This document shows positions 38,957 through 49,523 of a stretch of DNA of 64,000 nucleotides, piece by piece (within the stretch, counting starts at the first letter, position 1; every line of letters starts with the position of its first letter). The notes under the pieces were generated by a model that saw only the letters and a list, made by a program, of their open reading frames with translations, was not told the origin of the DNA and made no database searches. The stretch is from Ignavibacteria bacterium (GTDB lineage Bacteria > Bacteroidota > Ignavibacteria > Kapaibacteriales > UBA2268), in contig JAOADV010000004.1 in assembly GCA_026417135.1 (NCBI GenBank), positions 814-64,813 of the forward strand. Direction: 5' to 3'. Made by a program: the position numbers and the translations under genes.

Positions 38957-40246
38957 TTATCTCGATTTGGCTTTTTGTCTTGTAAATTCCATTTCCAAAA
39001 TTTTCTTTTCCGTTTCGTTCAGCTTTTTACCTCGGCGGCCCATCATTGTTTCGATTGATTCTATTGTTCTTTCGAAATTTCCAATGATAGATTCACCTTT
39101 TTTCCCGCCCCATGTAAAAGATGGAATATACTTGGAAAGTAAACCGTGATGATAGATATTGCAACATATACCAGTAATTGTTCCAGTGTTGAAAGAGGTG
39201 TTGATTGCAGTTCGCGTATGGTCGCCACATATCAAACCTAAAAAAGTCCTGCCAGTGTCGAAAGTTTCGTTTTCAATTCGGACACTAATTGTTTCGTATG
39301 TATTTTTTAAGTCCGATGTTGTCGTTCCAGCGCCAATGTTAACCCATTCACCGATATAAGAGTGCCCAAGAAAACCATAATGTTGTTTATTAGAATAAGC
39401 TTGTATAATCGAGTTCTCTATTTCCCCACCAACTTTGCAAACTTCTCCGATTGATGTTCCTTCGTAAATCATAGAACCTGCTTTTACGGTTGTATCTTCT
39501 CCTAAAAAAACGGGACCGTTTATATAAACAAAGGGCTGAATTGTTGCGTTGTTTCCGATAACAATTGGACCTTTCCGAGCATCCAAAACAACGTTAGGAG
39601 CAATGCTACAGTTTTTCCCAATTTTAATATAATCTTGGTTGTAAATAAAAACATTTTGTTTTCGAAGTTCATCGAAATCGGCAAAGTTCTTGTAGTATCT
39701 AAAGTCGTCCAAAATTGCAAAAGAGTTAAATTCAATTGCATCCCACAAAAAGTTTAAAATTTTTGGTCTTGGTATTTCAAGTTGTGGTATTTTTTCGGAA
39801 TATTTGCTCGGTAAAATTGTGTAGAATTTTATGTCGAATTCGTTCGGATTTAAGATTTCATCCTTAGTTATATAAAGTGCGAGTGGAAGGCCATCGGAGC
39901 TGAAAATTACCGATTTGAACGGTGGGCTTTCTTTAAGGTAAATTTCGTAACTTTTTTGTAAAGAAGACCAAAATTCCTTTGAAGGGAGAATCCCAGAGTT
40001 TAGAACTAAAAGGTTACCATCAATTAGTTTTGGTTGGTGAAAACAGTACTTTTCTTGAAATAGAGCGAGATAGTTAGCTCTTTCGGAATAGAAAATTAAA
40101 TTTGCCTCTGGAAATTCTTTCTGGACTTTTTCGAAAATTCGAAGACAACCACAACGAACTTCCCATTGCAAGTGGAGTAGGTAAAAAGGGAATAGGCTTC
40201 GAAAAAAGTTGTTTTCGAATAGGATAATATATTTCGGTTGTATCAT
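38957..40246 (-). CDS. GlmU-like putative sugar nucleotidyltransferase with C-terminal left-handed beta-helix (hexapeptide repeats)
   Basis: 429 aa. The C-terminal half has clear hexapeptide repeats (IGKNCSIAPNVVLDARKGPIVIGNNATIQPFVYINGPVFLGEDTTVKAGSMIYEGTSIGE…). The N-terminal half is nucleotidyltransferase-like without the Gly-rich loop. Confidence 0.5.
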   Translation of the reverse strand: MIQPKYIILFENNFFRSLFPFYLLHLQWEVRCGCLRIFEKVQKEFPEANLIFYSERANYLALFQEKYCFHQPKLIDGNLLVLNSGILPSKEFWSSLQKSYEIYLKESPPFKSVIFSSDGLPLALYITKDEILNPNEFDIKFYTILPSKYSEKIPQLEIPRPKILNFLWDAIEFNSFAILDDFRYYKNFADFDELRKQNVFIYNQDYIKIGKNCSIAPNVVLDARKGPIVIGNNATIQPFVYINGPVFLGEDTTVKAGSMIYEGTSIGEVCKVGGEIENSIIQAYSNKQHYGFLGHSYIGEWVNIGAGTTTSDLKNTYETISVRIENETFDTGRTFLGLICGDHTRTAINTSFNTGTITGICCNIYHHGLLSKYIPSFTWGGKKGESIIGNFERTIESIETMMGRRGKKLNETEKKILEMEFTRQKAKSR

Positions 40247-40671
40247 TCTATTTTCATTAATTCTACTTCAATTAAGAGTTTGGAATCTGGTGGTACACCT
40301 CGAAAAGAATGTTTACCAAACCCAAGTTGTGGAGGAATCGAAAGCTTACGCTTACCTCCAACTTTCATTGTCGAAACCCCTTCTTCTAAGCCTTCGATTG
40401 CATCTTTGTTACCAAGAATAAAAGACATCGGAATACCACTTGAATATGTATTTTCGATGACCGTTCCGTCTTCTGTTTTCATAATGAAATTGATTGTAAC
40501 TTTCTGTCTGGGTTTTGGAGTATCTCCTTTACCTACAACGATATCATAGTACTGCAAGCCAGATGGGGTACTAATCCACGGTTCTTTCTCTTTCTCTACC
40601 TTGGAGGTTTTGCAAGCTGGAATTAAGAAAATTACAAGTAAAGTCAAAACAATAAAATGCAGAAATTTCAT
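40243..40671 (-). CDS. FKBP-type peptidyl-prolyl cis-trans isomerase, lipoprotein
   Basis: 142 aa. Lipobox FLIPACKTS. FKBP core VTINFIMKTEDGTVIENTYSSGIPMSFILGNKDAIEGLEEGVSTMKVGGKRKLSIPPQLGFG. Confidence 0.85.
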   Translation of the reverse strand: MKFLHFIVLTLLVIFLIPACKTSKVEKEKEPWISTPSGLQYYDIVVGKGDTPKPRQKVTINFIMKTEDGTVIENTYSSGIPMSFILGNKDAIEGLEEGVSTMKVGGKRKLSIPPQLGFGKHSFRGVPPDSKLLIEVELMKIE

Positions 40672-40673
40672 AC

Positions 40674-42320
40674 TTACTCCATATTTTGTGATTTATTTTT
40701 TCGATAATTTAAAGCAGCTTTAATAAATCCAATGAAGAGCGGAGCACCTGTAACAGCTCGGGACTTCAATTCGGGGTGGAACTGAACTCCAATGAACCAA
40801 GGGTGGTCTTTTAGTTCTATCATTTCAATTAATTTACCATCGGGGGAAAGTCCGCTCATTATCATTCCATTTTTTTCGAATATATCTTGGAACTTAGTAT
40901 TTACTTCGTATCTGTGGCGGTGTCGTTCAAATATCAACTCTTGCCCGTAAGCTTCGTAGCTCAGAGTTCCTTTTTTAACCACACAAGGATATTGTCCCAA
41001 CCGCATTGTTCCGCCTTTGTTTGAAATCTTTTTTTGTTCTTCCATCAAATCTATAACATTGTACTTGGTTTTTTTGTTAAACTCAGTTGAATCAGCATTT
41101 TCGAGCCCACAGACGTTCCGTGAAAATTCAATAATTGCACATTGCATACCCAAGCATATTCCAAAAAAAGGTATTTTGTTTTCGCGAACATATTTAATTG
41201 CGGAGATTTTTCCTTCAATACCTCGTTTGCCAAAGCCCGGTCCGACCAAAATACCATCTAAATTACTTAGAAATTTTTCACAATTGCTATCGTTCAGTTC
41301 TTCGGAATCAATTAATTCGAGCTCTATGGCTGTATTGTTGATAGAGCCAGCGTGAATGAATGCTTCGAGTATACTTTTGTAAGAGTCACGATATTTTACA
41401 TATTTTCCGACCAATCCAATTTTAACTTTATAAAGGGGTTGTTTAATTCTTTTGACAAAGGCTTTCCATTCGTCTAAATTTAAAGTGTTGATTGGAATAT
41501 TTAACTTTTTTAGTACAATTTGGTCGAGATTACTTTTTGAAAGAATTAGAGGAACTTCGTAAATTGTTTCAACATCATATAAATCAATTACAGACTCTTC
41601 ATCGACGTTGCAAAACAATGCAATTTTGGACTTTACTTCTTTAGAAAGTTTGGTTTCGCTTCTACAAATTATTATATCTGGTACAATACCGTGTTCCATT
41701 AGCGATTTGACAGAGTGTTGCGTAGGCTTGGTTTTCAACTCGCCTGCACTTTTAATATATGGAACATAAGTCAAAATAATATTAATTGCATTTTTGGGTC
41801 CTCTTTCGATGGCAAATTGTCTTGTTGCTTCCAAAAAAGGTAATGATTCGATGTCACCAACAGTTCCGCCAATTTCAACAATGACAAATTCATAGGATCC
41901 ATCGAAAACAGAAATTCTTCTTTTTATTTCATCTGTGATATGGGGAATTACTTGAACTGTTTTGCCAAGGAATTGTCCTTCTCGTTCCTTTGTGATAACA
42001 GTATAATAAACTTGACCAGCTGTTGTATTGTTTTCTTTGCCTAAAGAGTAAGCCAAGAAGCGTTCATAATGTCCAAGGTCGAGGTCAGTTTCTGCACCGT
42101 CGTCGGTAACGTAAACTTCGCCGTGTTGGTAAGGATTCATTGTGCCCGGGTCGACGTTGATGTAAGGGTCGAGCTTCATTATCGTAACCTTGTGGTTTCT
42201 TTGCTTTAAAAGTAAACCGAGAGATGCCGCAGCTATTCCTTTCCCAAGCGAAGATACAACACCACCAAAAATAAATATATACTTCGTCTTAAATCGAGTT
42301 TTTCTTATTTTGGAATTCAT
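40674..42320 (-). CDS. pyrG: CTP synthase
   Basis: 548 aa. [24 protein letters not shown] is the synthetase domain, and the C-terminal glutamine amidotransferase has GICLGMQ and HPE. Confidence 0.95.
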   Translation of the reverse strand: MNSKIRKTRFKTKYIFIFGGVVSSLGKGIAAASLGLLLKQRNHKVTIMKLDPYINVDPGTMNPYQHGEVYVTDDGAETDLDLGHYERFLAYSLGKENNTTAGQVYYTVITKEREGQFLGKTVQVIPHITDEIKRRISVFDGSYEFVIVEIGGTVGDIESLPFLEATRQFAIERGPKNAINIILTYVPYIKSAGELKTKPTQHSVKSLMEHGIVPDIIICRSETKLSKEVKSKIALFCNVDEESVIDLYDVETIYEVPLILSKSNLDQIVLKKLNIPINTLNLDEWKAFVKRIKQPLYKVKIGLVGKYVKYRDSYKSILEAFIHAGSINNTAIELELIDSEELNDSNCEKFLSNLDGILVGPGFGKRGIEGKISAIKYVRENKIPFFGICLGMQCAIIEFSRNVCGLENADSTEFNKKTKYNVIDLMEEQKKISNKGGTMRLGQYPCVVKKGTLSYEAYGQELIFERHRHRYEVNTKFQDIFEKNGMIMSGLSPDGKLIEMIELKDHPWFIGVQFHPELKSRAVTGAPLFIGFIKAALNYRKNKSQNME

Positions 42321-42697
42321 AATTTTTCAAATTAAAAAAAGTAAAAGAAATTGAAACTTGTGTTGAATAAAAGTTTTAAAAATTTAATGAATTTTTTTCC
42401 GAGTTTAGTCAAGTAAAATTAAATTCGAAAAGGACAAGTTTTCTATTAAATTGATATGTTTTCTAAGTATGTATAACAATTTTCGGCAGTCTGGTAATTC
42501 TAGGATTATTCCTTTGAAAGTATTACGAATTTTTTGCTTTGACTAATTTAACTTAAAAAAATCCAATCTAAAAAAATTGGAAAAGAAGTATCTTTGCTCA
42601 TTTTCCGTAAAAAAATCGATGCTGATTTAGAATAAATTTAGTACTTGGTATAATTTTTTTGATTTAGTAAATCAAAGTTATTCGATTCTTTTGATTT

Positions 42698-43471
42698 TCA
42701 AATACGAACTTGATATTTATCTTTAAGTGTTTGAATAATTTTTTTAGGGTAATTGGTTACAATTGCCTTAATATCAAAATTTAACACATATTCCAATTTT
42801 GCGTCGTCGTCGACCGAGTAAACGCCAACAAAAAGTCCGTGTTCTTTTGCGTCTTGAGCAACAGTTTCGTTGAGTTCCTCTACCGAGCAAACAAAACCTT
42901 CGGCTTTAAACTTCGTTGCCAAAGAAGATGGTAAAGTTTTATCCCGAGGGATACGAATTAAAGCAGTAGGAATTTTAGGTGCAAGCTTTTTGAAAAGTAA
43001 TAAAAAATCGTAGTAAAAAGACGATATAACAACTTTATCAATGTAATCGTATTCTTTAATCAAATTTACAATGTTGTTTATCTTTTTTTCGAGTTCGTCG
43101 CCCAGATTTTTAATTTCCAGATTAAGGAGTATTTTATTGTGAATTAGTTCAAAGACTTCTTTCAAAGTGGGAATCTTTTCGCCTTCGAACTTTGATGAGA
43201 ACCATTTGCCAGTGTCGAGCTGACGAAGTTGTGAAAATGTCATTTTGCTTGCAAATCCCATACCATTAGTAGTTCGGCTCAAGCCTTTGTCGTGGAAAAC
43301 TATTGGAACTGCGTCGGAAGTGAATTGAACATCCAGCTCGATAAAATGAGCACCCGATTCTATTGCTTCGGAAAACGAAGCGAGTGTATTTTCTGGTGCT
43401 GTTCCGCTTGCTCCTCTGTGGGCAACTATAAAATAGTCGACTAAGTTATAAAGTTCGAAAAGATTTTTCAT
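42698..43471 (-). CDS. glycerophosphodiester phosphodiesterase (GDPD family)
   Basis: FIVAHRGASGTAPENTLASF…HFIELDVQFTSDAVPIVFHD is the GDPD catalytic motif set. Start moved to the internal MKNLFELY (43471); the ORF-track start is 43528. Confidence 0.8.
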   Translation of the reverse strand: MKNLFELYNLVDYFIVAHRGASGTAPENTLASFSEAIESGAHFIELDVQFTSDAVPIVFHDKGLSRTTNGMGFASKMTFSQLRQLDTGKWFSSKFEGEKIPTLKEVFELIHNKILLNLEIKNLGDELEKKINNIVNLIKEYDYIDKVVISSFYYDFLLLFKKLAPKIPTALIRIPRDKTLPSSLATKFKAEGFVCSVEELNETVAQDAKEHGLFVGVYSVDDDAKLEYVLNFDIKAIVTNYPKKIIQTLKDKYQVRI

Positions 43472-43714
43472 AAAGACAAATATAAAAAATTCTAATATAC
43501 TTTTAATATTACGGTTATAATTTGCCAAATGGAATATTTCGCTTTTGTTTTGGATTTTTTAAATTAGATAAGGCAAACTTGAAAAATACCATTTCCAAGA
43601 GGAAGAAATATATCTTCGTTCGATATTTTTTAGTTTAAAAGATTTTAACTCAGAAAATTTGGTATGATTTTTTCTTAGAAAATCTTTTGATTTGAGGAAG
43701 GTAGGAGTTGGTGG

Positions 43715-46258
43715 ATGTTTGTAATGCACAAAAGTGAGTGGTTTCGCTTTATTCATAATCTTTTAAGCCAAGACTTTTTAATTAAAAATTATCCATTTTT
43801 TTGCGAAAGGATAAGTGAATTAAAAGAGGAAGAAAAGGAACCATTCAGAGCTTTCCAAGAATTTCCTCTCCCTTTATTTATTTTCGATACCAACGGGGAC
43901 ATTGAATTATCGAACACTGAATTTTTAATCCTAAGCCAAAAAATTGATTTTGGGCATTTTGAATTAGTTAAAATCCAGCATTTAGGTTTTAAATTCGATG
44001 ATATTAAGTCAGATTTGGAGACCGCTGAATTTTGTTATTCTTTAAAGCAAATTTATTTGTCCGAATTGGGTTCGGGTTTGGAAATTCACTTTCTTTTTTA
44101 CAAGATAGGCAAGGCGATAAACAAATTTTTAGGGGTGATTTTATTCGAAACTTCCGAGATTGAAAAAATTAAGCAACTCGTCAAAACTTTTTCAGATTTG
44201 GAAATAGTTTTTAATAATATTCCCTATTTTGTTTATTGTTTAGATACATCGTTTCGAGTTATTCGAGCGAACCAGTTTCTTTATTCTCAATTTTCACTGA
44301 GCAAGGAAAAAGTCGAAGGAAAACTTGTAGAAAGCGTTTTCCCATCGAAAATTGCAGAAAATTGTAGAAGCAAAGGATATGATGTTGCGAAAACATTGCG
44401 TCCATTGAATAGTTTGGAAGAGAAAATTAGGCTGGACACAGAAAAAGAATTTCATCTTGTAGTCGAACGAGTTCCACTTTTTTATCGAGAAGAATTTTCT
44501 GGGATTTTGGTTGTTGGTTATAATATTACAGAGAAGAAAAGAAATGAAATTGAATTAAGGAAATGGAAACAGCGGTTCGACCTTGTTACAACAGCGACGT
44601 TACAAGCTGTTTTCGAAAGGGATTGGAAAACAGGGCAAGTAATTTGGACCGAGAATGTTGAGGAGCTTTTCGGTTACTCGCCGGACGAATTAACAAGTAG
44701 AGAAAAATGGTTAGAAAAAATTTCTCCTTTTGACAAAGAAAAATATGTTGAGATCTTTCAAAAGCATTGCGATAGTTGTGCACCTTATTCTTTTGTTTAC
44801 CGTGTAAAGGACGCAAAAGGATTGGAAAGGTATGTTAGGGAAACGGGTTTCTTTTTGACAGAGGAAGGAGAAATTTCATCTGTTGTTGGAATAATTAGCG
44901 ACGTTACAAAGGAAAAATCGCTCGAACAAAAGGTTTACGATATCGATGCATTTTTGAATGTATTGTTGGATAATCTTCCTATTCCAGTTTTTTTCGAAAA
45001 TATCGAAGGGGAATTTTTGCGGTGCAATAAATACTTTAATACACAAATTTTAGAGATTGAAAAGAGAGCAGTTGTTTACAAGAAGATTACTGAATATCCC
45101 GAAATTTTTTCGGAAGAATATTTGAAAAAACATTTCGAAAAGAATCGGGCTATTTTAAATTCAGAAAAAGTTGACTGTTACGACGAAAGGGTTTATCTCT
45201 TGGACGGAACATATCGGGATTTCCTTATTTTCAAAGCTGGATATAGAGATTTCGATGGTAATCTCGTTGGGATATTGAATTTTTTCATTGATGTAACCGA
45301 AAGAAAGGAAATCGAGGAGCGACTACGAAATTTAAACTTAGAGTTGGAGCGTAAAGTTGACGAAAGAACAAAGGACCTTCAGTTTGCATTGGAAGAATAT
45401 AAATTCGAGGTAGAAGAGCACCGCCGTGTACAAGAAATACTTGAGCAAGCAAATTACGAGTTAAAAATTTTAAACGACACACTTGCGGAAGAAAGTAGAA
45501 AACTAATAGTTTTGAATGAAAAGCTCCAAAGGTCCGAAGCTGAACTTCGCGAAGCTAATTCGGCAAAAGATAAGTTTTTTACGATATTAGCGCACGACTT
45601 AAAGAATCCACTTCAGTCGATTCTAACAGATTCCGAGATACTCGAACGGTTTTTCGACACATTTTCTACAGAAAAAATCCGGGAGTATGTATCGCACATT
45701 TACAAAACATCGAATTTGCTAAAAAATTTGCTCGAAAATCTTTTAACTTGGGCAAAGACGCAAACTGGTAGAGTAAGTTTCCGCCCAGAATGGGTAAATA
45801 TTAATCTTCTTATAGTCGATGTGATTCGTTTTATTGAACCAGCAGCAAAAAGCAAATCCATCGAAATTATCTACGATAATAATGTCGATTTTATGGTGTT
45901 TTTAGATAGGAATCTGATTTCGACTGTTATCCGTAACCTTTTGTCTAATGCGATAAAATACTCTTATCGTGGTGGTAAAATCATTGTGAAAGTTGAGCAT
46001 TTCTACGAAGCAAATATGCCCGCATTAAAAGTTTCTATTATCGATTATGGGGTTGGAATAGAAAAAGAAACACAAGGTAAGCTTTTTAAAATCGAACATA
46101 ACATTGCAACGGTTGGAACGGAAAAGGAATATGGGACAGGTTTGGGGCTTATTCTGTGCTATGAATTGATTCGTTTGCACAATGGAAGAATTTGGGTCGA
46201 AAGCGAACCCGGAAAAGGAAGTACTTTTTCTTTCACGGTTCCAATTAATTTCGATTAA
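43715..46258 (+). CDS. multi-PAS sensor histidine kinase (no receiver domain)
   Basis: 847 aa with several PAS-like repeats and a coiled coil. The HisKA H-box is FFTILAHDLKNPLQS. The HATPase_c has N-box LLSNAIKYS and G-boxes DYGVGI and GTGLGLILC. Confidence 0.8.
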   Translation: MFVMHKSEWFRFIHNLLSQDFLIKNYPFFCERISELKEEEKEPFRAFQEFPLPLFIFDTNGDIELSNTEFLILSQKIDFGHFELVKIQHLGFKFDDIKSDLETAEFCYSLKQIYLSELGSGLEIHFLFYKIGKAINKFLGVILFETSEIEKIKQLVKTFSDLEIVFNNIPYFVYCLDTSFRVIRANQFLYSQFSLSKEKVEGKLVESVFPSKIAENCRSKGYDVAKTLRPLNSLEEKIRLDTEKEFHLVVERVPLFYREEFSGILVVGYNITEKKRNEIELRKWKQRFDLVTTATLQAVFERDWKTGQVIWTENVEELFGYSPDELTSREKWLEKISPFDKEKYVEIFQKHCDSCAPYSFVYRVKDAKGLERYVRETGFFLTEEGEISSVVGIISDVTKEKSLEQKVYDIDAFLNVLLDNLPIPVFFENIEGEFLRCNKYFNTQILEIEKRAVVYKKITEYPEIFSEEYLKKHFEKNRAILNSEKVDCYDERVYLLDGTYRDFLIFKAGYRDFDGNLVGILNFFIDVTERKEIEERLRNLNLELERKVDERTKDLQFALEEYKFEVEEHRRVQEILEQANYELKILNDTLAEESRKLIVLNEKLQRSEAELREANSAKDKFFTILAHDLKNPLQSILTDSEILERFFDTFSTEKIREYVSHIYKTSNLLKNLLENLLTWAKTQTGRVSFRPEWVNINLLIVDVIRFIEPAAKSKSIEIIYDNNVDFMVFLDRNLISTVIRNLLSNAIKYSYRGGKIIVKVEHFYEANMPALKVSIIDYGVGIEKETQGKLFKIEHNIATVGTEKEYGTGLGLILCYELIRLHNGRIWVESEPGKGSTFSFTVPINFD

Positions 46259-46409
46259 ATAAGGTTTCATCTCCCTTTAAAATCTTTACTGCAAAAGTCT
46301 TGTATTAATCCTCTAAGTACCAATCGATTTATTTCTTATCTTTGGATTTACAAGAACATTTTCCTAAATTTGTAATCTTATGTATTTATAATTTTGGATA
46401 TATATTCTG

Positions 46410-48584
46410 ATGGGAACTTTTGAAAGAATTAGAAAGATATCGCCTATTGCAATAGGAATATTTGTTGTGATATTTGTTGGTTTTATGGTTGCTACCGATG
46501 CAGATATAGGTGGTATTCTACAACAGGGGATGGATTATAAAACTGCCGAGTTGGCAAAGATAAATGGTGATAAACTTTTGTATCGTGAGTACGAAGAGAA
46601 GATTCGAGAGCAACTCGAACTTCAAAGGAAGCAAAATCCCGAAGGAAATCCAATCGATGAGCTTCAAATTCGAAAGTCAACTTGGACCGAAATGTTTGAA
46701 GAAATTTTACTTAAGCAACAAGCAAAAGAAATTGGTATTAAAGTAACGGATGAAGAAATTCTTGATGTATTGTTGGACGACCCACCTTCGTATCTTCGCC
46801 AACCTTTTACCGATTCTGCTGGAAATTTTCAAAGGCAAACTTATCTTGAAATTATTACCAATCCTGATGTTATTCTAAATCGTTTACCTGCCGAAGTTCC
46901 GCAAGAAGAAAAACAGCGAATAGTCCAGCAATTCAAAAAGGACCTTCTCAATATCGAAAATTACTTGAGGAAAGAGAAATTACAGAATGGGGTTAAGACT
47001 CTCGTTTCGATTGCTTCCTCGTTTGTGTCTCCTTCCTATGCAAAAGAAAAGTATATTGTTGATAATGCTACTGCCGATGTACGGGTTATTTTCTTTGATA
47101 TTAAAAATGTCCCAGACGAGAAGGTTAAGGTAAGCGACGAAGAAATAAAAAAATATTATGATGAAAACAAGCGTTTCTTTCCGGAAAAACATAAAAGAAA
47201 AATTAAATATGTAATCTTTAAAATTCAACCATCTTTTCAAGATACTCAAAATGTTCTTAAAAGCATTAACCGATTTGCCAAAGAACTCGAAGAATTAACC
47301 GATATCGAAGGAAGGTCGAAGCTTTTCGAGAGAAAATTTAGTGAACATAACGGTGAAATTTCTGAATATAAACTTGCAAAAGATTTACCATTACAACTTG
47401 CCCCATACATCACTACTATTCCTATTGGGCAAGTTGTTGGTCCAATCCAAACTAACGAAGGAACATATTTTATTCGGCTGGAAGATGTAAGAAAGGGTGA
47501 AAACACCGTCGTTCGGGCAAGCCATATTTTGATTGAATTTGGAAATAATAAAGATAGTGCTTTAACCTCTGCAAAGAGCATTCTTAAGAAAGCGAAAGCA
47601 GGAGAAGATTTTGCTAATTTAGCAAAGATATATTCCCAAGATAGGGGGTCTGCTATGAATGGAGGCGACCTCGGGTATTTTGGGAAAGGAATGATGGTCA
47701 AACCTTTTGAAGATGCCTGTTTCGCTGCGAAACCCGGAGAAATTGTTGGACCAGTCGAGTCTCAATTTGGTTACCATATCATTAAGGTTTGGGATAAAAA
47801 GAGCGAGGAATATAAATATAGTTTTATAAAGTTTTTACCTCAAGTTTCTCGACAAACTGAAAAAGCCATCCATCGCGATGCTAAACTTTTCCGCGAAAAG
47901 GTTTTGGATGAAGTACCTTTCGACACCGTTGCCAAGCAATATAATTTGACCGTTAGAACAACTGATTTTTTCGATATTTCAAGGCCAACTCTTGGTTCTA
48001 ATTATTTAACTGCAATGGTTTTCGAAAGTAAAGTAGGCGATGTTTTAGAACCGATTGAGCTAACGGACCAAGGAATTGTCGTTGCCCAAGTTGTCGACGA
48101 ACGAAAAGCTGGTTATCAACCGTTGGAAGACCTCAGGGAGCGGATAACGTTTACACTTCAAAAAAGGAAAAAGTTGGATATTTTGTCCAGCAAAGCCGAA
48201 GAAACTTACAACAAATTGAAGAACTTGGGAACTTTGGCTAATTTTAGGGAAATCGATTCAACACTACCTTACTACGAATGGTTGGACTTGAAAAATAATG
48301 GTTTTATTGCGGGAATAGGGCAGGATTGGGTTTTTACTACAAAGATATTTATGCTTCCTTTAAATACTATTTCTACTCCTTTTAGGGGTGAAAGAGGCTA
48401 TTACATTGTCGAAGTGTTCCGAAAAAGTGTTCCATCCGATAATTTAATAAAAGAAGAACTCAAAAAGAACATTCAGCAAATTACCTCGAATTGGAGGCAA
48501 AGTGCCTATTTTATATGGTTTAACAAAATCAAAGAGAATGCGGAAGTAAAGGATTATCGCTTCAAATTTTACCGTGAGTATTAA
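46410..48584 (+). CDS. PpiD/SurA-like periplasmic chaperone with parvulin-type PPIase domain, N-terminal membrane anchor
   Basis: 724 aa. N-terminal TM helix ISPIAIGIFVVIFVGFMVA, SurA_N-like region, and the parvulin domain ASHILIEF…GGDLGYFGKGMMVKPFEDACFAAKPGEIVGPVESQFGYHIIKV. Confidence 0.7.
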   Translation: MGTFERIRKISPIAIGIFVVIFVGFMVATDADIGGILQQGMDYKTAELAKINGDKLLYREYEEKIREQLELQRKQNPEGNPIDELQIRKSTWTEMFEEILLKQQAKEIGIKVTDEEILDVLLDDPPSYLRQPFTDSAGNFQRQTYLEIITNPDVILNRLPAEVPQEEKQRIVQQFKKDLLNIENYLRKEKLQNGVKTLVSIASSFVSPSYAKEKYIVDNATADVRVIFFDIKNVPDEKVKVSDEEIKKYYDENKRFFPEKHKRKIKYVIFKIQPSFQDTQNVLKSINRFAKELEELTDIEGRSKLFERKFSEHNGEISEYKLAKDLPLQLAPYITTIPIGQVVGPIQTNEGTYFIRLEDVRKGENTVVRASHILIEFGNNKDSALTSAKSILKKAKAGEDFANLAKIYSQDRGSAMNGGDLGYFGKGMMVKPFEDACFAAKPGEIVGPVESQFGYHIIKVWDKKSEEYKYSFIKFLPQVSRQTEKAIHRDAKLFREKVLDEVPFDTVAKQYNLTVRTTDFFDISRPTLGSNYLTAMVFESKVGDVLEPIELTDQGIVVAQVVDERKAGYQPLEDLRERITFTLQKRKKLDILSSKAEETYNKLKNLGTLANFREIDSTLPYYEWLDLKNNGFIAGIGQDWVFTTKIFMLPLNTISTPFRGERGYYIVEVFRKSVPSDNLIKEELKKNIQQITSNWRQSAYFIWFNKIKENAEVKDYRFKFYREY

Positions 48585-48670
48585 TCTTTAATCTTGTAGA
48601 GCCAGTGGTGTTTGTTTCCGAAAAACATACAAAAAATTCTGTTATTATAGCTTACCATTCAAATCATTAA

Positions 48671-49507
48671 GTGGGTACATTTATGGTTAAAGCTTATACA
48701 ACTAATCAATATGCCTTAATTCTTGGTGTATCGAGCGGATTTGGCAAAGCCACTGCAATCGAACTTGCAAAACTTGGGTATAACATTTACGGGGTCCACT
48801 TAGATTTCGGGTCGAACAAAGAGAAGGCAGAAGAATTCTGCCGATATTTGCAAAATATTGGAGTTAAGTCGCGATTTTTCAACGCCAATGCAGCTGATGA
48901 TGTGAAAAGAAAAGAGATAATTCAAGAGATAAAATCTGAATTTCAAGCCGAGGACAATCCTCAACTTCGTGTTTTTTTACATTCTTTAGCTTTTGGTGCG
49001 ATAAAGAAATTTTTCGCCGAGAATTTTGAGGAAATGGCAACAAAAAAGCAAATTGAAATGACAATGGATGTTATGGCTAATAGTCTTGTTTACTGGGTTC
49101 AAGACTTATTTCGTGAAAGACTTTTGGTTCGTAATGCAAGAATTTTCGCAATGACAAGTATTGGTTCGCAAAGGGCAATGATGAACTATGGGGCTATATC
49201 TGCTGCCAAAGCAGCTCTCGAAGCATACATAAGACAAATAGCAGTTGAACTTGCTCCATATAGAATTACTGCAAATGCTATTATGGCTGGTTTGACCGAT
49301 ACACCCGCAGCACAGAAAATCCCGGGATTTAAAAAAATGCTTGAATACGCTCGAGAACACAATCCTTTTAATAGGAATACTGTTCCAGAAGATGTTGCCA
49401 AAGTTGTGGCTAAACTTGCCGATGAGAACTTTTATTGGATTAATGGACAAACAATTGCTGTGGATGGAGGCGAAAGTATCTTGAATTTCATAGAGCATCA
49501 AAAATAG
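48671..49507 (+). CDS. SDR-family oxidoreductase, enoyl-(ACP/CoA)-reductase-like (Y-x6-K active-site spacing)
   Basis: 278 aa. The Rossmann N-terminus is LILGVSSGFGKATAIELAKLGY. The catalytic region MNYGAISAAKAALEAY has Tyr and Lys spaced as in FabI/FabL, not the classical YxxxK. An acyl-CoA dehydrogenase gene lies immediately downstream. Confidence 0.45.
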   Translation: MGTFMVKAYTTNQYALILGVSSGFGKATAIELAKLGYNIYGVHLDFGSNKEKAEEFCRYLQNIGVKSRFFNANAADDVKRKEIIQEIKSEFQAEDNPQLRVFLHSLAFGAIKKFFAENFEEMATKKQIEMTMDVMANSLVYWVQDLFRERLLVRNARIFAMTSIGSQRAMMNYGAISAAKAALEAYIRQIAVELAPYRITANAIMAGLTDTPAAQKIPGFKKMLEYAREHNPFNRNTVPEDVAKVVAKLADENFYWINGQTIAVDGGESILNFIEHQK

Positions 49508-49523
49508 AAAAATTGGGAGTGTT

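Noticed and set aside
40674-42320. pyrG appears to have ~10 extra N-terminal residues ([11 protein letters not shown]) before the canonical TKYIF start.
   Set aside because: No alternative in-frame ATG/GTG/TTG is closer to the canonical start. It is most likely just a short N-terminal extension, not a frameshift or fusion.
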